A DNA stretch of 35,689 bases from Spirochaetaceae bacterium (GTDB lineage: Bacteria; Spirochaetota; Spirochaetia; Treponematales; Treponemataceae). The notes under the pieces were generated by a model. It had not been told where the DNA came from, did no database searches, and saw only the letters and a list, made by a program, of their open reading frames with translations. Both the position numbers and the translations under genes were made by a program. Shown in pieces: positions 16,924-24,744 of this stretch. The DNA lies in NCBI GenBank assembly GCA_031272345.1, contig JAISTZ010000146.1, positions 1-35,689 of the forward strand, in the 5' to 3' direction. Positions within the stretch are counted from its first letter, which is position 1. Each line of letters begins with the position of its first letter.

Positions 16924-17976
16924 ATGCAGAACGAGGGCTTTAACAAGGTTTCCGGGAACCCGGCCGGGGCTGGGGCGCTCGTCAAAACCGCGCCGGATTC
17001 TTCCCCCAAGACTTCTCCCGAAAGCATATACCGCAGGGTGGCAAAGTTTTTGCTCCTCATCGGCGTGGACGAGGCCGCCAAGGTCATGTCCCGGCTGGGG
17101 GAGGAGCAGACGGAAAAAATCATCCCGGAGATCGCCGGGATAAAGCGGGTGGACCCCGCCGAGGCCGCGGGGATTCTGGAGGAATTCCAGACCCTCCTGG
17201 AGCGCTCCAGGGAGGCCGGCGGGGTGGGCGCGGCCAGGGAGATCCTTGAAAAAGCCTTCGGGGCCGAGCGGGCCCAGGCGGTGCTGGAAAAGGCCGCCCC
17301 CTTCCACGAGGGCAAGCCCTTCGAGTACCTGGCGGATTTTGACGGGGACCGCATGGACCTGCTCCTCCGGGAGGAGTCCCCGGAGGTAAAGACCCTGGTG
17401 CTTTCCAGAATCAAGCCGGACCTCGCCGCCGCAACCATCAGCCGCCTCCCGTCCCGGGAGAAGACCCTCATCGTCAAGCGGCTGGCAAAGATGGGCCCCG
17501 TGCTGCCGGAGGTGCTCAAACAGGTGGACAAGCGCCTCCAGGAAAAATCCCTCACCCTGAGCGCTGACCGGTCGGACAAGATGGACGGGGAAAACGCCCT
17601 GGCCCAGATTCTCCGGCGCATGGACCCCGAGGCCGGGCAGGTCATCCTGGAGTCCCTGGAACGGGATTCCCCCCAGGCGGCGGCCAGGCTGCGGGAACAG
17701 TTGTTCACCCTGGACGACGTGGCCCGTGTGGACGACCAGTTCATCCAGGAGGAGCTGGCGGCCATGGAGGACAGGGACGCGGTGCTCCTGATTGCGGGGA
17801 AACCCGAGGGCTTCCGCACAAAAATTCTCACCAACGTGTCCAAGGGCCGGGGGGACCGGCTCCTGGAGGACGAGCAGATCAACAGGCCCTTCAGACGGGA
17901 GGACTGCGCCAGAGTCACCTCGGAATTTCTGGGGCGGCTGCGGAACTTTCACGCGGGAGACGGGGAATGGGTGTAA
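16924..17976 (+). CDS. fliG: Flagellar motor switch protein FliG paralogue.
   Basis: ATG at 16924 inside the track ORF 16768..17976. It has FliG middle and C-terminal domain patterns: AKFLLLIGVDEAAKVMSRL, and LFTLDDVARVDDQFIQEEL...LLIAGKPEGFRTKILTNVSKGRGDRLLED. The start is uncertain because there is no SD. An in-frame ATG at 16867 is an alternative. Confidence 0.8.
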   Translation: MQNEGFNKVSGNPAGAGALVKTAPDSSPKTSPESIYRRVAKFLLLIGVDEAAKVMSRLGEEQTEKIIPEIAGIKRVDPAEAAGILEEFQTLLERSREAGGVGAAREILEKAFGAERAQAVLEKAAPFHEGKPFEYLADFDGDRMDLLLREESPEVKTLVLSRIKPDLAAATISRLPSREKTLIVKRLAKMGPVLPEVLKQVDKRLQEKSLTLSADRSDKMDGENALAQILRRMDPEAGQVILESLERDSPQAAARLREQLFTLDDVARVDDQFIQEELAAMEDRDAVLLIAGKPEGFRTKILTNVSKGRGDRLLEDEQINRPFRREDCARVTSEFLGRLRNFHAGDGEWV

Positions 17977-19295
17977 AAATCAAGCCGCCCCTGGCAGCGC
18001 TGGTCCTGCTCGCCCTGGGGTTGAGCCTTGGGGCCCAGGCCGGGGACGACCCAAGCCGGGACAGGGACGTGATCCGCTACGGGCTGGATTCCGAAATCAT
18101 CACCCTCCTGGGCACATTGGGCAAGGAAGAATCCATCAAATACAAGGACGACATCCTCCTCCTCTTCCGGGACGCGGGGAACAGCGCCCTCAGGGAGGCG
18201 GTCATCGGGTATTTCACGGCCTTCAAGGACGACTCCCTCAAGAAGGACGCCCTCGCCGCGCTGGAGGACCCCTTCGGGGAAAAGAATTCCACCCTGAACC
18301 TGTGGTTCAAATACATCGCCGAGATCCGCCTCAAGGAAGCGGCGGCGGGCCTGCGCCGCATCCTCTCGGAGGGCTCCGGGGAATACCTCGACGGGGCGGT
18401 CCCTGCCCTGGGGGAAGCGGGCGGGCCCGGGGACGGGGCCTTCCTCCTGGACTACATGGACAGCAACGACGTAACCGCCGGGCAAAAGCAGGCCCTCATG
18501 CGGGCGGTGTCCAAGCTGGCCTCCCCGGACATCGCCGGAAAGCTCACGGAGATCGCCGGGGACGACAACGAGAACACCTACGTGCGCATGTACGCCGCCG
18601 AAGCCCTGGGGTCCCTGGGGGACGAACAGTATGTGCCCCTCCTGGCGGGGTTCTACGACCACAGTGATCCCGTGTTCCGCGCCGGGGTGGTGCGGGCCCT
18701 GTCGTCCTTCGGGGACAACAGGGAAGCCCAGGCCCTGGTTTTGCAGGCGATTCGGGACAGCCACTACCGGGTGCGCCTCGAGGCGATCGGGGCCGCAAAA
18801 AAGATGAAACTCAAAAAGGCGGAACCCTACCTCCTCGCGCGGGCGGAAAACGACCCGGAGGCGCAGGTGAAATACGCCGCCTACGGCGCACTGGCGGCCC
18901 TGGGGACAAAGGAAGGGGAAAACTTTCTCCTGGGCGTCCTCAGGGGCGAAAAAAACTCCGACGCCGCCAGAACACGGGCGGCCGCTGCCCTCCTGGAAGG
19001 GGGAATCGCGGTCAAGGAGGTGGCCGCCGCGGCGGAGGCAACCCTGAGGGACGACAGGCAGAAGAACCTGCGCTACAGCCTGGGCAAGGAGTTCGCCAGG
19101 GTGAAGAATTCCGATTTGGCGGGCATTTGCGGCCAGTACCTTGCCCACCAGGACGCGGCCACCAGGGGCACGGGCCTGGACATCTTCGCCAGGGGCCGCT
19201 ACCCAGGCGTCCTGGACGCGGTGAAGGCTATCGGGGCGGACGAGAAGGGCGGAACCCTTGCGGCAAAGGCCCGGCGCATCCTGGAGGAGCACTAA
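17967..19295 (+). CDS. Secreted HEAT/PBS-lyase-type repeat protein.
   Basis: The signal peptide is MGVKIKPPLAALVLLALGLSLGAQA. Repeated units of the form ..VR..AA.ALG.LGD....P.L...L.D.D..VR occur several times. It overlaps the fliG stop by 10 nt. Confidence 0.8.
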   Translation: MGVKIKPPLAALVLLALGLSLGAQAGDDPSRDRDVIRYGLDSEIITLLGTLGKEESIKYKDDILLLFRDAGNSALREAVIGYFTAFKDDSLKKDALAALEDPFGEKNSTLNLWFKYIAEIRLKEAAAGLRRILSEGSGEYLDGAVPALGEAGGPGDGAFLLDYMDSNDVTAGQKQALMRAVSKLASPDIAGKLTEIAGDDNENTYVRMYAAEALGSLGDEQYVPLLAGFYDHSDPVFRAGVVRALSSFGDNREAQALVLQAIRDSHYRVRLEAIGAAKKMKLKKAEPYLLARAENDPEAQVKYAAYGALAALGTKEGENFLLGVLRGEKNSDAARTRAAAALLEGGIAVKEVAAAAEATLRDDRQKNLRYSLGKEFARVKNSDLAGICGQYLAHQDAATRGTGLDIFARGRYPGVLDAVKAIGADEKGGTLAAKARRILEEH

Positions 19296-19315
19296 GGGCG
19301 GCCAGGAAACCGCCC
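19296..19315. terminator. Short GC hairpin between convergent genes, a possible terminator.
   Basis: GGGCGG (19296-19301), an 8-nt loop, then CCGCCC (19310-19315), followed by a T-containing tract (gagtctttct). The stem is short and the U-run is poor. Confidence 0.3.
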
Positions 19316-19330
19316 CCGAGTCTTTCTATA

Positions 19331-20686
19331 TTATTGCGGGAAGAACCGGGTGGAAGCTTCAACCTTGGTCAGATGGATGGTGTCGTTTTTGCAGCGCCCG
19401 ATGAAATCCTCCAGGGACATTTCCTCGCCGTTTTCAAACACCACCCCCTGGAACCGGCCTGAGGCGTCAAAGTAGGGAAAAATCACCGCGCACCGGGAGA
19501 AAAACCGCACCGGCGGCACGGAATTGTCGGACTCCCTCACAGCCGCCAGGTAGAACTCGTCGGGCCGCATCACCGCGAGCACGTAGAGGAGGGGGTACAG
19601 CCCCCCGGCGGGATACCCCGCGTCTTTGATGTGGGTGGTTTCATCCGCCAGGGCGAAGGGCTCGTAGACCACGTCCACCCCTGGGATGAACCCCCGCTGG
19701 GACCTCCCTGTTTTTGCCGCGGCCGCCGCTGAGGCAAGATTCCGGGTCCAGTCCAGGGAAAAGGAGATGTTGTACCTTTCGGCGATTCCCCCCTGGTACC
19801 CGCCGGGCTTGTAGGCCACGGTCGGCCTGGTGAGGGGGGCGAGCATGGTGTACCCCTGGGTGATGGGGGCCACGAGTCCGTCCACAATCCACTTGAGGAA
19901 TCCCGCGTCGGAGAAGAAGAGCTTGTTCCCCTGGAGTTCCCCCTCGGAGCGGGGGCGTTTTTCCCCGGTCAATATCGAAATGGGTTCCCCGGTTTCGTCG
20001 TAGCAGGCGTCCTTTGCCGGGACAAAACGCCTGGCGTTGCTCCTGATGACGCCGATCATCTGGGCGCAGCCCTCGTAGAGGGACGGGGAGGCCCCGGCGT
20101 ACTGCCAGGGGATCGTGGGAGTCCACTTTTGTATGTCCTGGAAGGATGCGGTGTAGAGCCGCTCAAAGGGGACTCCGGTTTCAACCCCCCTGGCCGCCCT
20201 CGCGCCGAAAATCACGAGCTCCCCGTCGCAGCCCTTTTTCCCCGGGGTGAACCGGGCAAACACCTGGCGGTCCCCGGCAAAGTGAATCACCACGGAGAGG
20301 GGCCTGCCCGTGGCGCTGTCCCTGGTGAGGATCCAGCCCCCGGGATTATCCGCGGTGAACACCGCGTCCATCTCGGAGAAGATCCCGTCGTCCGAGTAGA
20401 CATCCAGCTTCACCACTTCCCTGGGCGCGACGATCACGTCAAAGACGCCGCCGCGCTCTTCCAGGCGCACCTGGAACACCTCGCCCCGGTCCGTCCGGCG
20501 CTCCTCGGGGGGCCGCCCCCGCAGCTCCTCCAGGGGCAGGGTGAACCAGTCCGTCAGGTTCCTGCGCACACCGGCGGATTCCGGCAGGGCCTGTGCGCCG
20601 GAAAATTGGGCAGCCAGGGCCGTCCCGCACAGAATCAGGACCGCCGCGGGGGCGATCAGCTTCAGGGGCATCGTTTTGGTCATCAT
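19331..20686 (-). CDS. Secreted hypothetical protein (451 aa).
   Basis: The ATGATG start is preceded by AGGAG. The signal peptide is MMTKTMPLKLIAPAAVLILCGTALAAQ. Codon usage is host-like. No family recognised. Confidence 0.8.
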   Translation of the reverse strand: MMTKTMPLKLIAPAAVLILCGTALAAQFSGAQALPESAGVRRNLTDWFTLPLEELRGRPPEERRTDRGEVFQVRLEERGGVFDVIVAPREVVKLDVYSDDGIFSEMDAVFTADNPGGWILTRDSATGRPLSVVIHFAGDRQVFARFTPGKKGCDGELVIFGARAARGVETGVPFERLYTASFQDIQKWTPTIPWQYAGASPSLYEGCAQMIGVIRSNARRFVPAKDACYDETGEPISILTGEKRPRSEGELQGNKLFFSDAGFLKWIVDGLVAPITQGYTMLAPLTRPTVAYKPGGYQGGIAERYNISFSLDWTRNLASAAAAAKTGRSQRGFIPGVDVVYEPFALADETTHIKDAGYPAGGLYPLLYVLAVMRPDEFYLAAVRESDNSVPPVRFFSRCAVIFPYFDASGRFQGVVFENGEEMSLEDFIGRCKNDTIHLTKVEASTRFFPQ

Positions 20687-20703
20687 GGTCTCCTAGGAAA
20701 GCA

Positions 20704-20793
20704 CTGAAAAACTTCGAGTTTTTCAGCATGCCCCTAGTATCGGCAGATTTTCAGCCTGACAAAACGTCCTCCGGGGCTGTTTTTTTCAGCCCC
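20704..20793. promoter_or_regulatory. Cluster of TTTTCAG(C) motifs and two perfect hairpins in the divergent intergenic region.
   Basis: There is a perfect palindrome CTGAAAAAC-ttcga-GTTTTTCAG at 20704-20726. TTTTCAGC occurs again at 20748-20755 and 20783-20790. A hairpin GGGGCTG-T7-CAGCCCC lies at 20773-20793. Confidence 0.4.
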
Positions 20794-20905
20794 CAGCTTG
20801 CTCCCGCGCTGTTTTTGCGTTACGATATATGAAGTGTCCCATGAAACTACGGTTTAAGAGCTTTTACGCCCGGTTTCAAATTCAAAACACAAGGAGACAA
20901 AGGAA

Positions 20906-22666
20906 ATGAAAAAAATTTCTGGATGCACACTGATTATTGCATTGGTTCTGGGCTGCGCCGCGCTGGCCGTCGGCTGCGCCGGGTCGCCCGCAAGCGCCGC
21001 CCAGGAAGCGGTATCCGCGGCCAGGCCCAGGCCCGCTTATCAGGGAGATCCGGACGACCTCTACGGCCGCAGCGCGGTAGGCAAGAACGGCATCGTCGCA
21101 TCGGCAAAGCCCGAGGCGTCCCAGGTGGGAATCGACATCCTCAAAGCCGGGGGCAACGCGGTTGACGCGGCTGTGGCAACGGGCTTCGCGATCGGCGTGG
21201 TGGAACCGAACACCTCCGGTCTGGGCGGAGGCGGCTTCATGATCATCAAGCTCGTCAATATGCCCGAGGCTGTCGTCATCGACTTCCGCGAGATGGCCCC
21301 TGGCGCGTCTACCCCGGACATGTACGTAAAAGCCAAGGCCGCCGGCGTCAAGGACCCCACGGAAACGGGGGGCCTTTCATCGGGCATACCCGGAGACGTG
21401 AAGGGTCTGCTCTACGCCCTGGACAACTACGGCTCCAAAAAACTCGACCGCAAACAGATCATGCAGGGGGCGATCGACCTGGCTGAAAATGGCTTTGTCG
21501 TAACGTCGAACTTCCAGGGCATGATTCAGGACAACCTGGAGCGGATCAACCAGTATCCGGCAACGGCGAAGATCTACACCGACGACGGCCTTCCCCCCGA
21601 ACCGGGCACGGTCATCAAGAACCCCGACCTGGCCGCCACACTCCGGCTCATCGCGGACAAGGGCGAGTCCGTTATCTACAAGGACCTGGCCCAGGAAATC
21701 GCCGATGCCGTGCAGGCCGCGGGGGGCATCCTCACCGTGGAAGACCTTGCTAAATACGAAGTCAAGGTGCGGAAACCCGTCACGGGCACATACAAGGGCT
21801 ACACCATCATCTCCGTGCCGCCCGCAAGCTCCGGGGGAACCACGGTCATCGAAACCCTGAACATCCTGGAAAACATGGACCTTTCCAAACTGCGGCCCGC
21901 CTCCGCCCCGGCGGTGCACGCCTGGATTCAGGCCCTCCGTCTGGCCTTTGCCGACAGGGGCAGCTTCCTGGCCGACTCGGACTTCGTGGACGTGCCCCTT
22001 AAAGGCATGACGAGCAAGGACTATGCCAGGACCCTCTACCAGAAATTCGACCCCGCCAAGGCCATGCTCAGCGCCGCCGCCGGGGAGCCCGCCAAATACG
22101 AGAGCGGCTCCACCACGAGCTTCTCGGTGATGGACAAAGAGGGCAACATGGTCACGATCACCAAGACCATCAACTTCTTCTTCGGCAGCGCGGTGACCGT
22201 GCCGGGCCGGGGCTTCATCATGAACGACGAAATGGACGACTTCGTGACCACTCCGGGGCACGTACAGTCCGTTGAGCCCTACAAGCGGCCCCTGTCTTCC
22301 ATGACCCCCACCCTGGTGCTCGACCCCCAGGGCCGCCCGTTTATGACCCTGGGCTCTCCCGGCGCGACCCGCATCATCGCGGCGGTGGCCCAGATCATCT
22401 CCAACGTGGTCGACCACGGCATGACGATCCAGGAGGCCATCGACGCGCCCCGGTTCTTCGCCACAGCCTCGGGCCAGGTGCACATCGAGGGCCGCACACC
22501 CAGCGCCACCGTGGAGGGCCTCAGGAAGCTCGGCTACGACGTGAACGTTCACGCAGACTGGGACAACTACTTCGGCGGCGCCCAGGGCGCGTACTTCGAC
22601 CAGGACACCAAAACCCTGTACGGAGGCGCAGACCCCCGCCGGGACGGACACGCGAAGGCGTACTAG
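20906..22666 (+). CDS. ggt: Gamma-glutamyltranspeptidase family lipoprotein (GGT/CapD-like).
   Basis: AAGGAG lies upstream of the ATG. Lipobox-like LVLGCAALAVGCAG. GGT core motifs are present, including the autoprocessing and nucleophile site ESGS-TTSFSVMDKEGN and the C-terminal GGADPRRDG. Confidence 0.9.
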   Translation: MKKISGCTLIIALVLGCAALAVGCAGSPASAAQEAVSAARPRPAYQGDPDDLYGRSAVGKNGIVASAKPEASQVGIDILKAGGNAVDAAVATGFAIGVVEPNTSGLGGGGFMIIKLVNMPEAVVIDFREMAPGASTPDMYVKAKAAGVKDPTETGGLSSGIPGDVKGLLYALDNYGSKKLDRKQIMQGAIDLAENGFVVTSNFQGMIQDNLERINQYPATAKIYTDDGLPPEPGTVIKNPDLAATLRLIADKGESVIYKDLAQEIADAVQAAGGILTVEDLAKYEVKVRKPVTGTYKGYTIISVPPASSGGTTVIETLNILENMDLSKLRPASAPAVHAWIQALRLAFADRGSFLADSDFVDVPLKGMTSKDYARTLYQKFDPAKAMLSAAAGEPAKYESGSTTSFSVMDKEGNMVTITKTINFFFGSAVTVPGRGFIMNDEMDDFVTTPGHVQSVEPYKRPLSSMTPTLVLDPQGRPFMTLGSPGATRIIAAVAQIISNVVDHGMTIQEAIDAPRFFATASGQVHIEGRTPSATVEGLRKLGYDVNVHADWDNYFGGAQGAYFDQDTKTLYGGADPRRDGHAKAY

Positions 22667-22686
22667 CCCCGCGGTAACAGCGAACC

Positions 22687-22730
22687 ACACGGACCTCACG
22701 GACAACACAGTCCGTGCGGTCTGTGTTTTT
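22687..22730 (+). terminator. Rho-independent terminator after ggt.
   Basis: ACACGGACC-t-CACGGAC-aacaca-GTCCGTG-c-GGTCTGTGT followed by TTTT. The stem has 16 pairing positions, with one G-U pair and one 1x1 mismatch. Confidence 0.75.
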
Positions 22731-22745
22731 AAAGAATGAAAAGGA

Positions 22746-23303
22746 ATGAATATGAAGAAACTAGCGGTTTTCACGGCCCTTGCGCTGCTCCTGGGTTCCG
22801 CGCTTTTCGCCCAGACGCCGAAAGCGTTTGCGGACAGGCCCCTGCGGCTCACGTCCATCGGCCAGAGCGCGGACATCGAGATGGTGCGGGTGCTCCTTGC
22901 CAGGGCAAAATTCGACGCCAAATCCGAGCCGTTGATAAAGGCGTCCGACCTTAACGGCAGCGCCAAGACCCTGGTGCTCGTCATCGGCGGCAGCTCCAAG
23001 GGGCTGGGCGCGGCGGGCATCAGCGCGGAAGCGGAAATGGAGCGCGCAAAGGCCCTGGTGGCAAAGGCGAAGAGTCTGGGAATGAAAATCATTTCCGTGC
23101 ATGTCGGCGGGGAAGCCCGGCGGGGCACCCTCTCCGACGGCTTCATCAACTACGCGGTGCCCCAGTCCGACTACGTGATCGTGGTGTCCGAAGCCGACAA
23201 GGACGGGCTTTTTACGGCCCTCGCCGGGGGCGCGAAGATTCCCCTTACAAAGGTGGACAAGATCGCCCAGGTAGGCGCGCCCCTCACCGGCGCCTTCAAG
23301 TGA
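22746..23303 (+). CDS. Secreted protein of unknown function. From memory, possibly the family annotated only as a DUF (DUF6305).
   Basis: The signal peptide is MNMKKLAVFTALALLLGSALFAQ, with an alternative ATG at 22752. The mature ~160 aa have alternating beta/alpha character (LRLTSIGQSAD...TLVLVIGGSSKGLGAAG...MKIISVHVGGEARRG...DYVIVVSEAD). It is the first cistron of a tightly packed operon. Confidence 0.75.
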   Translation: MNMKKLAVFTALALLLGSALFAQTPKAFADRPLRLTSIGQSADIEMVRVLLARAKFDAKSEPLIKASDLNGSAKTLVLVIGGSSKGLGAAGISAEAEMERAKALVAKAKSLGMKIISVHVGGEARRGTLSDGFINYAVPQSDYVIVVSEADKDGLFTALAGGAKIPLTKVDKIAQVGAPLTGAFK

Positions 23304-23310
23304 GGCCCCC

Positions 23311-24585
23311 GTGTCGATAGAATTACTCTACTTTTTGGTGATGGTCGGCGTGTTTATTGTCTGCGCCTTCGCCCTGAAGCTTCCGGTGTCCCTTGCCATG
23401 CTGGCGGCGTCGGAGATCACCCTGCTGATTTCCGGGAACGGAATCGGCGTGAGGCACCTGGTCGAGGGCTCCTTCTCGTACCTGGACACGATTCTCGTGA
23501 TCGCCACGGCGATGATCTTCATGCGGACGATTCAGGAAAGCGGCGCCCTCGACGCCCTGAGCGTCGTCATCATCAGGCGCTTCAGGAATATGCCGGCGCT
23601 GCTCCTCCCCCTGCTCATGATCCTCTCGATGTTTCCGGGCATGATTACGGGCTCGTCCACCGCGTCGGTGCTCACCGCCGGGGCGATCGTCTCGCCCGTG
23701 CTGATCACCCTGGGGATGCCCCGGCACACCGCGGGGGCGTTCATCGCCATGGCGGGAATCCTGGGCATGATCGCCCCTCCGGTGAACATCCCGGCGATGC
23801 TCATCGGCGGCGGAATCGACATGCCCTACGTGGGCTTCGGAATCCCCTTGCTCCTCATGGTGATGCCCCTGGCGGTCCTGTTTTCCTGGACCTTCGGGCT
23901 TAAATTCGTCAAAAAAATGTCCTGGGAGGACCTGGCGCCGAAACTCAACACGGAAATTTACGCCCGCTACGGCGCGCGCCTCTTCATCCCCATCGCGGTC
24001 GTGGTGGCGTTGATGATTCTGGCGCAGGTTTCGCCGAGCATCTTCGGCTGGGGCCTCCCGGTCATCTTCCTCCTGGGCGCGGCGAGCGGGGTCTTCACCG
24101 GCAAGCGCTTCAACGTGCTCAGGGCGGCCAAGGCCGCGCTCCACGACTGCCTCCCGGTGGCGGGGATCCTCGCGGGGGTGGGCATGTTCATCCAGGTGAT
24201 GACCCTCACCGGCGTGCGGGGGTTCATCGTCGTGAACGCCCTGAGCCTCTCCTTCAACACGGCCCTGCTCTACCTGGCGATGGCGGTCACCATACCGCTC
24301 TTCGGCGCGGTTTCGGCCTTCGGGGCCGCGAGCGTCCTGGGGGTGCCCTTCATCCTGGCCCTGCTGAACCAGGACCAGATCATCACCGCGGCGGCCCTGT
24401 CGCTCATCGCGTCCCTGGGGGACTTCATGCCCCCCACGGCGCTCTCGGCGATTTTCGCGGCCCAGGTCATCGGCGAGCCCAGGTATTCTTACGTGCTCAA
24501 GAAGCTCATCCTGCCGGGCCTGGTGATCATCGCCTGGGGGCTTGTGTTCATCACCTTCTCGAAGCAGCTTCGGGCCATATTATAG
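23311..24585 (+). CDS. DctM-like (TRAP large-subunit / ion-transporter superfamily) permease.
   Basis: The GTG start is preceded by GAGG, 7 nt after the upstream stop. The 424-aa product is polytopic. The motif MFPGMITGSSTASVLTAGAIVSPVL resembles the DctM GSS(A/T)A loop. No DctQ or DctP gene is present in the window. Confidence 0.75.
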   Translation: MSIELLYFLVMVGVFIVCAFALKLPVSLAMLAASEITLLISGNGIGVRHLVEGSFSYLDTILVIATAMIFMRTIQESGALDALSVVIIRRFRNMPALLLPLLMILSMFPGMITGSSTASVLTAGAIVSPVLITLGMPRHTAGAFIAMAGILGMIAPPVNIPAMLIGGGIDMPYVGFGIPLLLMVMPLAVLFSWTFGLKFVKKMSWEDLAPKLNTEIYARYGARLFIPIAVVVALMILAQVSPSIFGWGLPVIFLLGAASGVFTGKRFNVLRAAKAALHDCLPVAGILAGVGMFIQVMTLTGVRGFIVVNALSLSFNTALLYLAMAVTIPLFGAVSAFGAASVLGVPFILALLNQDQIITAAALSLIASLGDFMPPTALSAIFAAQVIGEPRYSYVLKKLILPGLVIIAWGLVFITFSKQLRAIL

Positions 24586-24594
24586 GAGGCGGCA

Positions 24595-24738
24595 ATGTTT
24601 GTGATTTATTTGATAATCGACGCGGCGATTCTTGCCCTGGCGGTTTGGAATTTCGTGACGGAAAAGGACTGGAAGGCCCAGGCCGCCATCGCCATGGTGA
24701 CAGTCCCCCTCCTTTTGCGTCTGCTCCTGGTAAAGTGA
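24595..24738 (+). CDS. Untracked 47-aa membrane peptide.
   Basis: My own translation is MFVIYLIIDAAILALAVWNFVTEKDWKAQAAIAMVTVPLLLRLLLVK. TAGGAGG (24582-24588) lies 6 nt upstream of the ATG. The gene sits 9 nt after the permease stop, and its stop (24736-24738) falls inside the SD of the next gene. It is shorter than the ORF-track cutoff. Confidence 0.55.
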   Translation: MFVIYLIIDAAILALAVWNFVTEKDWKAQAAIAMVTVPLLLRLLLVK

Positions 24739-24744
24739 GGCACT

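Noticed and set aside
20829-20909. A 26-codon upstream ORF (MKCPMKLRFKSFYARFQIQNTRRQRK) whose TGA stop overlaps the ggt ATG (ATGA).
   Set aside because: There is no Shine-Dalgarno upstream. It lies in an AT-rich leader where a 26-codon open frame is expected by chance roughly a quarter of the time. The overlap geometry alone is not evidence of translation.
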